From Octopus vulgaris (taxonomy: Eukaryota): DNA of 64,000 nt. The notes beneath the pieces are model-generated. The model was not told the DNA's origin. It saw only the letters and a program-made list of their open reading frames with translations, and did not search any database. This document shows, in pieces, positions 33,940 through 47,242 of the stretch. Where the stretch lies: NCBI GenBank assembly GCA_951406725.2, contig OX597816.1, positions 99,820,001 through 99,884,000 of the forward strand, given 5' to 3'. The translations under genes and the position numbers were made by a program. Numbering within the stretch: the first letter of the stretch is position 1; each line of letters opens with the position of its first letter.

Positions 33940-35228
33940 GTAAGGTTCCACCAAGGCTCAGTCCTCAGCCCCCTCCTATTTATCATAGTACTCCAGGCAA
34001 TAATGGAGGAATTCAAGACAAGATGCCCCTGGGAGCTCCTCTATACTGATGACCTTGCTCTAATTGCTGAGTCACTATCAGAACTGGAGGAGAAGTTTCA
34101 GGTGTGGAAGCAAGGATTAGAATCGAAGGGCCTTAGAGTTAATCTACCTAAAACCAAAGTCCTAATAAGTTGGAAGGTAAACAAATCACAAACGCCTTCA
34201 GGTAGATGGCCCTGCTCGATCTGTAGAAAAGGTGTAGGTAGAAACTCTATAAGATGCACCAAGTGTAAGTTATGGACACATAAGAGGTGCAGCAATGTCA
34301 AAGGAAGGTTAACTAGGAAGATGATTTTTGTATGTGGCAGATGCTCAGGAGCAATAAACACTGAAAATGCTCTGAGACCAACTTCTGCCACATTCCAGGA
34401 AGAAAAACTAGAAATAGTTGATAGCTTCCATTACCTAGGTGACCAAGTCAGTAGTGGGGGCGGGTGTGCTGAAAGTGTAACTGCTAGAGTAACAATAGCT
34501 TGGGCAAAGTTCAGAGAGCTCTTACCTCTGCTGGTGACAAAATGCCTCTCGCTCAGAGTGAAAGGCAGACTATATGAAGCATGTCTACAAACAGCCATGC
34601 TACATGGCAGTGAAACATGGGCTGTGACTGCTGAGGATATGCGTAAGCTCACAAGAAATGAAGCCAGTATGCTCCGATGGATGTGTAATGTCAGTGTTCA
34701 TACTTGACAGAATGTAAGTACCTTGAGAGAAAAGCTGGACCTAAGAAGCATCAGTTGTGGTGTGCAAGAGAGACGTTTGTGCTGGTATGGTCATGTTGCG
34801 AGAATGGATGAAGATAGTTGTGTACGTACGCCGCTATATATATATATATATATATATAAAAATATATATCAAAATGGGACAAGAACACAAAACATCCAGA
34901 TAGACGATACAAAAAACATGGATGGGTCATTCGAAGCCTTTAATCTTCAGTCAAGAACTGGATCATCCTCGCAATTTTGGCCAGCCCCAAGGAAAAACTA
35001 AGCTAAGAGCATTAGATTCCTTGGAAAAAGGATTGAATGTATACGAAACAAGGACGGAAAAACGGATGATGTTACACGAATATAAATACAAAATTACTAC
35101 AAAAAAACAATAATAATAATAACAGGACACAACAACAGGCGTCTTTCGACTGGGGATGAATTGAATTCAGCTGTTGTGATGGGAATAAAGCCTTATGGCA
35201 GAGGAAAAGATCAATGTGACCGTGACGG

Positions 35229-35261
<33 letters not shown>

Positions 35262-35416
35262 TATGTATATATATATATGTATGTGTATATTAGTATATAT
35301 ACATGTATATATTTATGCATATATATATGTATATTATAAATATGTATATATTTATGTACATATATGTGTTTATATATATATATATATGTATTTATATATA
35401 TGTATGTATTTTTATG

Positions 35417-35447
<31 letters not shown>

Positions 35448-36525
35448 TTGTATAAAATCGATAAGTTAAACCTTGACACATAAGAGGTGCAGCAACATCA
35501 AAGGGGGATTTACCAGGAAGATAACTTTCATGTTCATGAGATGCACTGGAGCAATAAGCAGCACAGATGCTCAGAAAATAGATTCCATCACACACCAGGG
35601 GGAGAACTAGAAGTAGTTTGTAGCTTCCGCTACCTAGGTGACCAAGTTAGTAGTGGGGGTGAATGCTCTGAGAATGTTACCACTAGAATAAGAATAGCTT
35701 GAGCAAAGTTTAGAAAGCTTCTACCCCTACTATGAGAAAAGGCCTCTCTCTCAGAGTGAGAGGTAGATTGTACGATGCATGTGTGCGAACTGCCATGCTT
35801 CACAGCAGGGAAACATGGGCTGCAACTCTGGAGGACATGCGTAGACTCGAAAGAAATGAAGCTACCATGATCAGCTGGATGTGTAATATCAGTGTGCACA
35901 CACAACAGTGTATAAATGCCCTGGGAGAAATGTTGGACATAAGAAGCATTGGATGTGGTGTGCAAGAGAGACGTTTGCACTGGTATGGTCATGTACTATT
36001 GATGGATGAGGAGAGCTGTGTAAAATAGTGCCACTCCCAAACAGTTGAAAGAATCCAAGGTAGAAGTAGACTCTGGAAGACATGAAATGAGGTGGTGAAG
36101 CATGATCTTCGAACGTTGGGTCTCACAGAGGCCATGACAAACGACTGAGACCTCTGGAGATGTGCTGTGACTGCAAAGACCCAGCAAATAATGTGAGTTA
36201 TTCAAAAGTGCCTTTGATCGTAGGGGCAACCTGCTGTGCTTGAGGAGACCTATTGAGCCAAGTACATCAACATCAAAATGAAAATCAAATGGAAATTGTA
36301 ATTGTGATACCCGTACCGGAGGCACGTTAAAAGTACCAACCAACATGGCCATTGTCAGCCTCCTCTGGCCCCTCTAGCCTGTGGCACATAAAAATCACCC
36401 ACTACATTCATGGAGTGGCTGGCGTTAGGAAGGACATCCAGCTGTAGAAACACTGCCAGATCAGACCGGAACCGTCCAACCTATGCTAGCATGGAAAACA
36501 GACATTAAATGATGATGATGATATA
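33940..36525 (+). pseudogene. Duplicate of the RTE fragments at 19980..22565
   Basis: ORF 33748..34707 is almost identical to the RT part of 18788..20746. Confidence 0.9.
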
Positions 36526-36547
36526 CCAATGTATACGTATATATGTA

Positions 36548-36595
<48 letters not shown>

Positions 36596-37626
36596 TTGTA
36601 AATACCCATTCACTTCAGAAAATCTATATAAGTATCTCTGTACATTTTCTGTCATTTATTGACGGCTATTATTAGGGGAAAGTAGAAGGGTAAATTTTCA
36701 TAAGGTCTTTTCTCTATGTTTTGCTTTTGACTTATGAGATTATTGATTATTGTAGAGAGGTTTTACTTTCATTACTCCTGATTTAAGAGCATTTCCGTAG
36801 TTACAAATAGTTATATATTTATTCATTCCTTTATTTATTTTTCCATATCCACGTCAAATCCTTTTCAAGAGTTTGCATAACTTTACTCTCGCTTCTGCAT
36901 CACACCGTCATTTCCCTTTTCTCTCTTTCTTTCTCTATTGCTTCTCTCTAAATATGTAGACACTCTCTCTCTTTCTCTCCATCTCTTTACTTCATTTCAT
37001 CACACCATCTTTCTTTGTCACACTGTCACTTTCTCGTTTCCCTCTTTCTCTCACTATTTTGTCTCTCTAAAGATATAGACACTCCTTCTCTCTTTCTCTA
37101 TTCTTGACTTCATCATCCCATAATGCTTCTCTCAGACCCTCAATCTCTCTTCTCCCCATTTCTCTTTTTCTCTCTCTCTATTTCCTCTCTATAAATACAT
37201 AAACACACACTCTCTCTTTCTCTTTTTCTTCACTTTTCGCCATTGCACCGTTCTTCTCTCACCCCTTCAAACTTCTTAAATATAGCATATATATGTGTAT
37301 GCATACATATATGTATATAATGTATGTGTATGTAGATATATATATATATATATGTGTGTATACACACATACTTATATATGTATATATATATATGTGTGTG
37401 TGTATACTTATATATATATATATATATATAGAGACACACTCTTTCTCTCTCCTCTCTATTTTTTCACTTCTCTCCAACACACATCCTTTCTTCTCTCAGA
37501 CCCTCAACCTCTATTATAATACATACTCCCTCTCTCTCTTTCTCTCTCTGTCTCTTCTCTTCTCTCCATCACACTGTCTTTCTTCTCTCAACCTCTCAGT
37601 CTTCCTAAATATATAGACACAAACAC

Positions 37627-37662
<36 letters not shown>

Positions 37663-37784
37663 TTTCTTCTATCAGCCTCTCAATATCTCTATATAGACAC
37701 ACTTTCTTTATTTCTTCACTACCCTCCATCAAACCGTTAAATTTTAAAAAAATAATAAATAAATAAATAATATATCCATAAAAA

Positions 37785-38400
37785 TGTCCAGAGACTGGAG
37801 GAACATGGAATTGGCATTGTTTTTGAGAGCCTGGCATTGTGAATGAGATGACCCAAACAATATAATCACAGCTGTGCTGAAGAGCAATGTTTATACAACT
37901 TTAGCACAGATGGAATGAAAGAAGCAGGGGTTTACATGCACTTTCACTCTCATACGATCCCACACCAGCACTCTTGATGCCATCTTTAATAATAAACACA
38001 GCAAATATGAGAAGGATGGAGGCACGGATGTTGATGAAAGATGTTACCCCCCACTTGGTGGACACTCAATAAAACAAAGAAAATTCAAGTGAGAAACATG
38101 CCCTGATAGTAAACCCAAGTACAAGTGCTCCTACCACCATCATAGGGATAAACCATGGAGGTGAAAGAGCCAAGAAAAAAGAACTAAAAAAGACAAAGAC
38201 AAAAACAAAAGATGAAACAGGCAAAGAAGGAAGCAAACCTGACTGCCCATATAACAAAAAGGATAAAAAAAAGGCAGCACATACAAATGTGCAAATTCTA
38301 CTTGTAAGGTGTCTTCTGGCATGGAGAGGGAGGTGCAAGCTGCCATTTTGCCCACCAAAGATCCTGCCACACAAACATGAAACAGGGCGGAAACCACATG
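37785..38400 (+). pseudogene. Decayed ORF1-like remnant with CCCH finger (also at ~23820-24420)
   Basis: QMCKFYL*GVFWHGEGGASCHFAHQR at ~38284-38360 aligns with [20 protein letters not shown] of the LINE ORF1; a Lys-rich segment lies upstream. Confidence 0.5.
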
Positions 38401-38446
38401 CAAAAGGAAAGGACTACGCACCACCTGCCCCAAAACTGAGGTACGG

Positions 38447-39100
38447 AGATTCCCCTCTACCAATTCAGCGACGATACAACCTGTAGCCAATGAATTAGTA
38501 AAGAGACTCTCTTTATTACAAAATGCAGAGCCCTTTTGAATGCATCTACAACAAACGATATATCGACAATGGACTTAGATTAACACACAAGCAAATATTA
38601 AAAATGAATGATATATTCAAGAGATACCCAAGAATTTATTAAAAAACAGTCCCAATCACTGCTATAATCCACAACAAATCACTTTTAGGTCACTTGACCA
38701 TTTAACATCCTACTACTATCATACAACCTGCATTCCCTTATTATTCTCTCTTCTCTTTCTCCTTCTTCTTCTTTGTCTTCTTCCTCTCTGCCACCTCCTT
38801 CCTTACTTTACAACTATTGCTGCTTAGAATAACACCTATGCAAATATTATAAATAATACATTCAAAAGAGATGTCTCAAGAATTCAAGCATTACAACCAC
38901 CCACAACAAGTCACTTCAGGGCACTTGACCATTTAACATCCTATTACTATCATGGCACTCGCACATTCTTCTCCTCCTCCTCCTCCTCCTTCTTCTTCTT
39001 CTTCTTCTTCTTCTTCTTCTTCTTCTTCTTCTTCTTCTTCTTCTTCTTCACAATGACCTCAAACCCACAAGAGTACACAAGAGAGAAAGAGAAAGGCATT
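38447..39100 (+). mobile_element. Penelope-like 3' fragment (plus strand; partial duplicate at ~24478-24791)
   Basis: FPLYQFSDDTTCSQ*ISKETLFITKCRALLNASTTN matches the C-terminus of ORF 40030..40455; the downstream UTR is also similar. Confidence 0.75.
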
Positions 39101-39258
39101 TTTTTTACTTTTACATTTTTTCCATATATATCAACTCGTGTGTTATATTTATGTATGTATATATGTACTCATCCATATTTGTACATATGCGCGTGTATCT
39201 AGTTGTATGTATATGCCCATTTACTTGGATGTCCGTTTGTGAACATATGTATATGTTC

Positions 39259-39342
<84 letters not shown>

Positions 39343-39346
<4 letters not shown>

Positions 39347-40721
39347 AAACAAGTCAAAAATAGAAAATGCTAAGATAATTTTATAGTGAATCTTTCAGTA
39401 CCGGTTTCGGTCATTTTGAGACCTTTTCAACTGTAACGATTAAATAATTAAATTTAGAAAAATTAGAAGAAAAGTTTTTTTTAAAAAATATTTCTATGGT
39501 AGTGTTCAGATATAAGTAGCATTCTGCCTTTCTCTGACTCCCTTGTTTGCACTTGTGTGTTCGAGGTCGTTTTGAGAGGGGGTGGAGAGGGGGTGGGGAA
39601 ATCTGGGAATGCCTTGATGGTCGTATTTTGAATGGTCAGTGGCTGACAGTAGTCGCAGTTCAATTCAGGAATTGTTTATGGAATTTGCGTAGGCGTTATA
39701 CTGAAAGACATTAGTGACAAGGTCAAGGGGTGGAAGGTGGAGAAGTAGAAGAAGAAGAAGAAGATGACGATGTTGATGATGATGATGATGAAGAAGAAGA
39801 AGAAGGAGAAGGAGAAGATGATGGTGATGATGGTGGTGATGATGATGACGACGATGATGATGATAATGATGATGATGAAGAAGAAGAGGAAGAAGAAGAA
39901 GAAAAAAACAGAGAAGGGAGAATATGAATGGGTGAAAGTATAGCTGTGATGGGGCTGATTAGTAATGGATTCTATGGAGTGTAATATTTGTGTGTGTATA
40001 TATTTCTTTTATTCTAAAGTTGAGGTATATTAATTGTTTGTCGTAGATCCGTTAAGAAGTGGCTTGTATTTTGTAATAAAGAGATTTTCTTTACTTATTC
40101 GTTGTCTCGAGGTTGTATCGTCCCTAAATTGGTAGAGGGGGAAAATCCTGAAGTTTGGTATTTTTTTGTTGGCGCAAGTATCTATGTGTTGGCTAAAAGC
40201 TATTTTTCTGTTTTGGGGAATTTTTATCTGGGATCTGTGCAGGGCCATTCGTTTACGCAAACCATTTTTTGTTTGGCCCATGTACTGCTCTTGACACCCG
40301 GAGCAGGTTAGTGAGTATATTAGGTTCTCCGAAGCACATGTGAAGTTGCTTTTCACTGTAAACTGTTGTCCCTGTTTGAAGGAGAACTCTGATCCCTCAA
40401 TTAGATAGTCGCATATCCCGCAATTGGGTCTTCCACATTTTTTTACTGTTGGCATCTGTGTTGAAGAGTGAATTCAGGCTTGTGTTAGGAGATTTTTCAT
40501 GGATCTAGGCTGTCTTTTGCTTTTTATGATCGTGTGTGTTTGGAGGATTGTGTTCATTCTGTGGTCTTTTTTTAGGAGGGGTATGTTGTGGAGGATGGTG
40601 CCGAAGGCTTCGTTATTGAGAGGGTTGTGTGTGGAGATGTATGGTAAGGCTTTTGGTTGTAAGTTTTTCTTTGATTTGGGATGTCTCAGTTCCTTGATGT
40701 TAAGTTGAAGGGCACGTTGAA

Positions 40722-40725
<4 letters not shown>
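39343..40725 (-). mobile_element. Penelope-like element 3' portion: GIY-YIG endonuclease, 3' UTR and pseudo-LTR
   Basis: VKKCGRPNCGIC...FTCASENLIYSLTCSGCQEQYMGQT..LRKRMALHR...KENLFI..LLN (40030..40455); hammerhead motif at ~39388-39441; TA on both sides. Confidence 0.9.
39388..39441 (-). ncRNA. Minimal type I hammerhead ribozyme, U3:A8 variant
   Basis: AATCGTTACAG-TTGAAAA-GGTC-TCAAAAT-GACC-GAAA-CCGG-TA-CTGAAAGATT: stems I and II pair, and stem III is palindromic. Confidence 0.65.
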
Positions 40726-40768
<43 letters not shown>

Positions 40769-41030
40769 GTATGTATATATGCATCTAAGCTTGACCAGAA
40801 AGAGAATTTTCGTTTAAGTATTATCTTCCTTTCAACTTCTACTTCCTTTTCTTTCTCTAAATAGTTGCAACAGTGAAGGCTGATTACATCATTTTCTCTA
40901 ATCTAGAATACCTACCTTCCATATTCAGATTTAAATTTTTTGTGTTTCAATAATTTTTCTCTGATTTTATACATTCTCGAATTTGATGGACATATATCAG
41001 TATGTAAGCTGACTCAAGAAATCTCTAGAG

Positions 41031-41099
41031 AGACTTTTTATTGATGTACCTGAAGAGTCCCAGAACAGGTCAAAACAAGCGTTGTATCCAATAAAGTCT
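41031..41099 (+). ncRNA. Degenerate type I hammerhead ribozyme
   Basis: AGACTTTTTATTGATGTAC-CTGAAGA-GTCC-CAGAACA-GGTC-AAAA-CAAGCGTTG-TA-TCCAATAAAGTCT; G12 and one stem II base are mutated. Confidence 0.55.
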
Positions 41100-41309
41100 A
41101 TTACACATTGCATCTCCTATTTTATTCATACTGTTACCCTGAAAAATCTTTGCATTAAAGCTATGGATAACCACATGTAATCGAAAATGTGCCACTTTGC
41201 TCATCATCAATTTATACATTTTGTACAATTTCTGCATTATATATATATGTATATATATATTTATATGTATGTATGTATGTATCTATATATATATATATAT
41301 ATATATATA

Positions 41310-41495
41310 TGGGGAGAGTTTATGAAAAAAACAAAAGACGAAGACAGGTGGTGTACAAAACAAACAGATGTATTAGTATAACGCTCAGGAATAGAAAACG
41401 TCTTTTACGTTTCGAGCCTACGCTCTTCTACAGAAAGGGACGCAGAAAAAACAAGGAGAGAAAAAAAATGTGTGTAGTGGCTAACGATCTCTCAC

Positions 41496-41529
<34 letters not shown>

Positions 41530-41740
41530 GTATATATATGTATATATATATACATATAGGCAAATTCACGGAAAAAACAAAAGACGAAAGTCAGATGGTG
41601 TGGAAAACAAACAGATATATTAGTATAACACTCGGGAATTGAAAAAGTCTTATGTTTCGAGCCTACACTCTTCTACAAAGAGGAACACAGAAAGAAACAA
41701 GGAGAGAAAAAAAATTTGTGTAGTGGCTACCGATCTATCA
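41310..41740 (-). mobile_element. Two tandem ~180-bp TA-flanked PLE-type pseudo-LTR elements with hammerhead-like cores
   Basis: Copies at ~41310-41495 and ~41558-41740; minus strand CGTCCCTTT-CTGTAGA-A-GAGC-GTAG-GCTC-GAAA-CG-TA-AAAGACG. Confidence 0.65.
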
Positions 41741-41872
41741 TATATATATATATATATATATGTATATGTATATGTGTATATGTATATGTATATGTATATA
41801 TATATATGTATATATATATATGTATATATATATATGTATATATATATATGTATATATGTATATATATATATG

Positions 41873-41921
<49 letters not shown>

Positions 41922-41930
41922 GTATATATG

Positions 41931-41965
<35 letters not shown>

Positions 41966-42098
41966 GTATATATGTATATATGTATATATATATGTATATA
42001 TATATGTATATATATATATATGTATATATATATGTATATATATATATGTATATATACATGTATATATATATGTATATGTATATATGTATATATATATG

Positions 42099-42158
<60 letters not shown>

Positions 42159-42398
42159 TATATGTATATGTATGTATATATATATATATATGTATATGTA
42201 TGTATGTATATATATATATATATATATATGTATATGTATGTATATATATATATATATGTGTATGTATATATATGTGTGTGTATGTATATATATATATATG
42301 TATATGTATGTATATATATATATGTATGTATATGTGTATGTATATATATATATATATGTATATGTATGTATATATATATATGTATGTATATGTGTATG

Positions 42399-42431
<33 letters not shown>

Positions 42432-42703
42432 ATATATATATATGTATATGTATATGTATGTATGTATATATATATGTATATGTATATGTATGTATATATA
42501 TATATATGTATATGTATATGTATGTATGTATATATATATGTATATGTATATGTATGTATGTATATATATATGTATATGTATATGTATGTATGTATATATA
42601 TATGTATATGTATATATGTATGTATATATATATGTATATGTATGTATATATATGTATATGTATATATGTATGTATATATATATATGTATATGTATATGTA
42701 TGT

Positions 42704-42734
<31 letters not shown>

Positions 42735-42876
42735 TATATGTATGTATATATATATATGTATATGTATATGTATATATATATGTATATGTATATATATATG
42801 TATATATATATATATATGTATATGTAAATATATGTATATATTTATATATATATATATGTATATGTATATATATATG

Positions 42877-42943
<67 letters not shown>

Positions 42944-42955
42944 GTATATGTATAT

Positions 42956-42989
<34 letters not shown>

Positions 42990-43034
42990 ATATGTATATG
43001 TATATGTATATATATATATGTGTATATATATGTG

Positions 43035-43082
<48 letters not shown>

Positions 43083-43116
43083 CATATATATATATGTATA
43101 TCTATCTATCTATCTA

Positions 43117-43150
<34 letters not shown>
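41740..43150. repeat. (TA)n/(TATG)n compound microsatellite
   Basis: Direct reading; lacks the TGTACA units of the other arrays. Confidence 0.97.
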
Positions 43151-43152
<2 letters not shown>

Positions 43153-46100
43153 TGAAAAAATAGGTATATATATAATCATTCATTGATCCCTATTTCCTTT
43201 ACTGCAACTTGTTTTTATCTCATTTTCTCATTAAACCTTGGCTGTTTTCTAACTTTTTCGGTTTTTCTTTGCTGAAAATCATATATGTTTTACCAGGCAC
43301 ACACCCTACCTCACCTCTCTTCTGCCTTCATTTAAATTTTCATACCTTAAGGCTTATCACATCTCTTGCAGTGTACATTTTGGAATAACAAAACAAACAG
43401 CATGAAATGAAACACTTTATTTTATTTTGTCTGTTTTTCTTCCTTCCACACATTTGCATACTTACCATAAATCTGTAGCTTCTAACATTTATTAACCTCC
43501 TTCCAAAAGAGTGTTGTATATTATCATTATTATTCATGGGTTTAAATATATATTGAGAGTTACCTTTTTAGTTGCAAAAGGAAGGAATTAGATATATCTT
43601 GGAAAATAATGCATGAAAATGTTAGCACTTAGCAATTGCTGTGTGAGAATGCTGTGACAATATTTATGGTATTGTTATAACATCCTTATGTTTGTCCTTC
43701 TGGATAATCTGTAAAGGTAGTATGCCGATATCTTTCTAGAAGTTGTGTCAATTAAAAATGGAATGATTGACATATTCATTAATTTCCTTAATATTTCCAA
43801 ATCAAGAATTCATCCATGTAATTCTTTAGCTTTCCAGCTTGCTTCAGTACATTATATTCATTTGGTCATTTATGTTGATTGATATGTGCTGTACCTGCAC
43901 ATTACTTTAGGACCATACTTAAAACCTCCTTCGCATAACCACATCACTAATGAAGACATGGAATGAGGGCTGGGCTAGGTAACTTACAGGATACCATCAC
44001 TGTGAGATGACAGAATATGTTGGGTCACGTTCTGCACATGCCCATAGTCTTGACTAGTGAGATCTCTTCTCAAGTGGAAGCAAGATGGAGTTTAAAAGAA
44101 GTGAGGCTGACTTGTTAGGACCTTGTTGAGAACTGTGAGGGACCTGATGGATATAGGTCTAGCTTGAGAGCAGGCTCATAACAGAGCTTGTGATGGGAGA
44201 TCATAACAGAGTTTTCAAGCTGTGTTTTGATGCCCTGTCTCTCCTATGAAGCAGAAGAAACTAAGACTCAATCTGACAGAGTTACATTTTAAATTGTATG
44301 TAAAAGCAAACTATGGCATTGTGCTTTTAGTTGATATTCTTTTTTCTCATCATTTCTGTAATGTTTATCTTATTATTTTTCTCTACTGACAATTTATGTA
44401 GGTGGTTCCATTCTAAATATGCTGCTGTCATTTTTGCTATAGAAAATAATACCACTATCTATAATGTCTTTGCATCATCATTTTCTAAGAAAAGATAACC
44501 TTTATGTATATGGAGACCTCAGTTTACTGAAGAAACAGATCAGAAGATGATGACTTCTCACTTATTTGTGGAGAGATTTCTCTTATTCATTTTGATTTTC
44601 TAAATTTCTGGCCTGTTTTAGTATACTTAGTACTACATTTTCCTTCCACTTATATATTATATGTACTATCAACCCTTTTGTATAAAACAACCTTATTTTG
44701 TATTTAGTCCAATACTCTAATGATTATGTCAATCTACTACTCTCATAACTGTTTCTAATTTAGACACAAAGTTAGCAGATTATTGGCAGGATTAGTCAAT
44801 ATGATCACACCCAATATTTAACTGATATTTAATTATCCTCCCAGGAGGATGTAAGGCAAAGTTGATTCCAGTGGGATTTGAAGTCAGAACATAGAAAGTC
44901 AAAGCAAAATATCAGAAGGCATTTTGTCTGATGCTTTAGCAAATCTACAATCCACTGCCTTAATAATGATAGTTAATAATTTAGCGAAAGAGAGAGGTTG
45001 TAGGGAAATATCAAGAAAAGAAATTGAGAGGTATGAAAGTAATACAAAATTTGTGCAAGCTGTGCAAGGTAAAATGGGAAATGGTGTATAATAGTCCGTC
45101 TAAATGTAAAATATCTATTTATCATTATTATTTCTAAAGGTATAACAGTGAAAAGGTTGCATGATTGATTGTAAAAATTTAGAACATTAAAAAATCAGTT
45201 GGGATAGAGCAAACCGATCTAGAGAATAATTAAATGGAATGGTATTGTGATTTTGAATTAATTCACGTTGAATTATCTCCGCTACTTCTAAAAGTTCAGG
45301 TTTAATTTTAGAAAATATTACTTAAAGCAAAAACAGATTATTGATATTGTCTGTTCTGTTGAGAAGAAAGAAAATATATGTATAGGAAAATATTTAAGGA
45401 AACTAGGAAATTACCAAAGGTAAACTTTCAATACAAGACAGGATACATAAGGAATATACCTACTGTTGGTGGCTATTTAAGTGAAGGAATGATCTGGCTC
45501 TAAAGATTAGTGAGAAAATTAAAGGATAGAAAGTGGTTGAAGAAGTATGTATAGAAATACAGAAGTGGTTGTTGTGTGAAAATGAAACAATATTGAGAAA
45601 TGTTCAGTCATGAGAGAGAGAAAAGAATTTGAAAAATCTTCATTTATATAACTTTCTTCTAAGTTAATAGCATGAAACTAAACTCATAAAAAAAAAACTG
45701 TGATGTTGTTTGTTACACTAAAAATAAACTAAGATATTATTTTATTCTGAAACTATGTTAAATGATAAGTTTCACAATGTATTTATTGTTCTTCAACATC
45801 CACATGGTAATTCCATTCATAGTTATTTAGTTGTACTTTTTAGGGATATGATTGCAATAGTGAAGACGCACAGTTAGCCAGATAAGGATATGTATAAAAT
45901 TAACTATTTGGGTTAACAGTAGAGGTTTTGTTTATCTAATATGGTCTGACCATAGTAGATTCTATATTAAACTTTAAGGTTGTAACATTTTCCAAAACTT
46001 GTATCTGACCTGACACTCTTAGTCCAATTTAGTCAACTGATTAATTTTTAATGAGTATTTGATTTCAAACTCTAAAAATTAGGTTACTATTTCCAAGTAA

Positions 46101-46890
46101 AATATCACTACCATTGTCATTATTGCTGTCATCCTCATCATCATCATCAACTTCATCCTTGCAATCAACATCATCATCATCAAATCATCATAATTAGTTC
46201 TCACATTTAAAAAAGGGCCACATATTTATGTTTAGAATGGTCAATTTAATTCTCTTCAGAAAATGACTGGTGCTTATTCATTAGCTTCAAAAGAAAGAAA
46301 GACAGGGTTAACCCAAGTAAGATTTGAATGCCACATACTAAACTGCATGAATATTTAACCAGGTATTTAACTGGGCATATCTACTGTTTCTACCACTTCA
46401 TAAATAATAATAATAATAATATTAATAATAATAACAACGATGATGATAATGATAATGATGATAATAATGGTTTCTGATCTTGGTACAGTGTCAAAAATTT
46501 TATTGCCATTGTCCTCATTACTTAAAAAAATAAATGCAAAATTGATCTTAGTAGAGATACTACTAAGTATTTTGTCCAATGTTCTGAGTTTGTCATTCTG
46601 CTATTCTGTTATTCTTTTAAATAAAAATTGTTGCTTTCCTGTTCCTCATCACTTTCAGTACATTATATTTGCCTCTCCACCACCACAATGATAGGAGAAG
46701 AGAAATCAAAATGGTCTGAGTGATGATATCAGGTCAAATTCCACAAAAATCAGGCTACTGGTGACTAAACTGACAACCCCACATAGCATGGTCTGTGTGA
46801 AGGATGTTTTTCTCTCTGTTAGGACACTTGCAGGATGAAAACCAAAACCTGTCAAAGGAACTCAGAGTCAATAGCCTTTCAAATAGTTAG

Positions 46891-47167
46891 TTAGCTAGTC
46901 AGAAAATCGCTATAGGTGATGAGAGCATTAACTATACTGAGAAGTAATGTTTATTGCCACTTAAACATGGCTGTTCTGTAGGAACCATTGTTACTACTAT
47001 TTTTAACCTCGTTGCTGTGAGCTGGAGTGAACTACTGCTCTCTCTAGCAGGCGAGTATCCACCACCATGTTTAAGTGTCATGAACAGCCATGTTTAAGTG
47101 GTAATAAACATTACATCTCTGTATAGTTACAGCTCTCATCTTCTATAGAGATTTTCTAACTAGCTAA
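46891..47167. mobile_element. MITE-like element with ~85-bp imperfect terminal inverted repeats
   Basis: TTAGCTAGTCAGAAAATC...CACTTAAACATGGCTGTTC (46891-46976) versus GAACAGCCATGTTTAAGTG...GATTTTCTAACTAGCTAA (47082-47167). Confidence 0.75.
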
Positions 47168-47242
47168 TTTGCTTGTTACAAGATAAGTGACTGTGTGTCA
47201 CTTGGTTTTCTATATATTGTGAGCTGGAGTGAACTATTGCTA

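Noticed and set aside
39730-39927. Acidic Asp/Glu-rich ORF
   Set aside because: (GAA)/(GAT) microsatellite lying antisense within the Penelope 3' UTR.
43980-44250. Minus-strand segment with good splice-like signals
   Set aside because: Stops in all three frames between the acceptor and donor.
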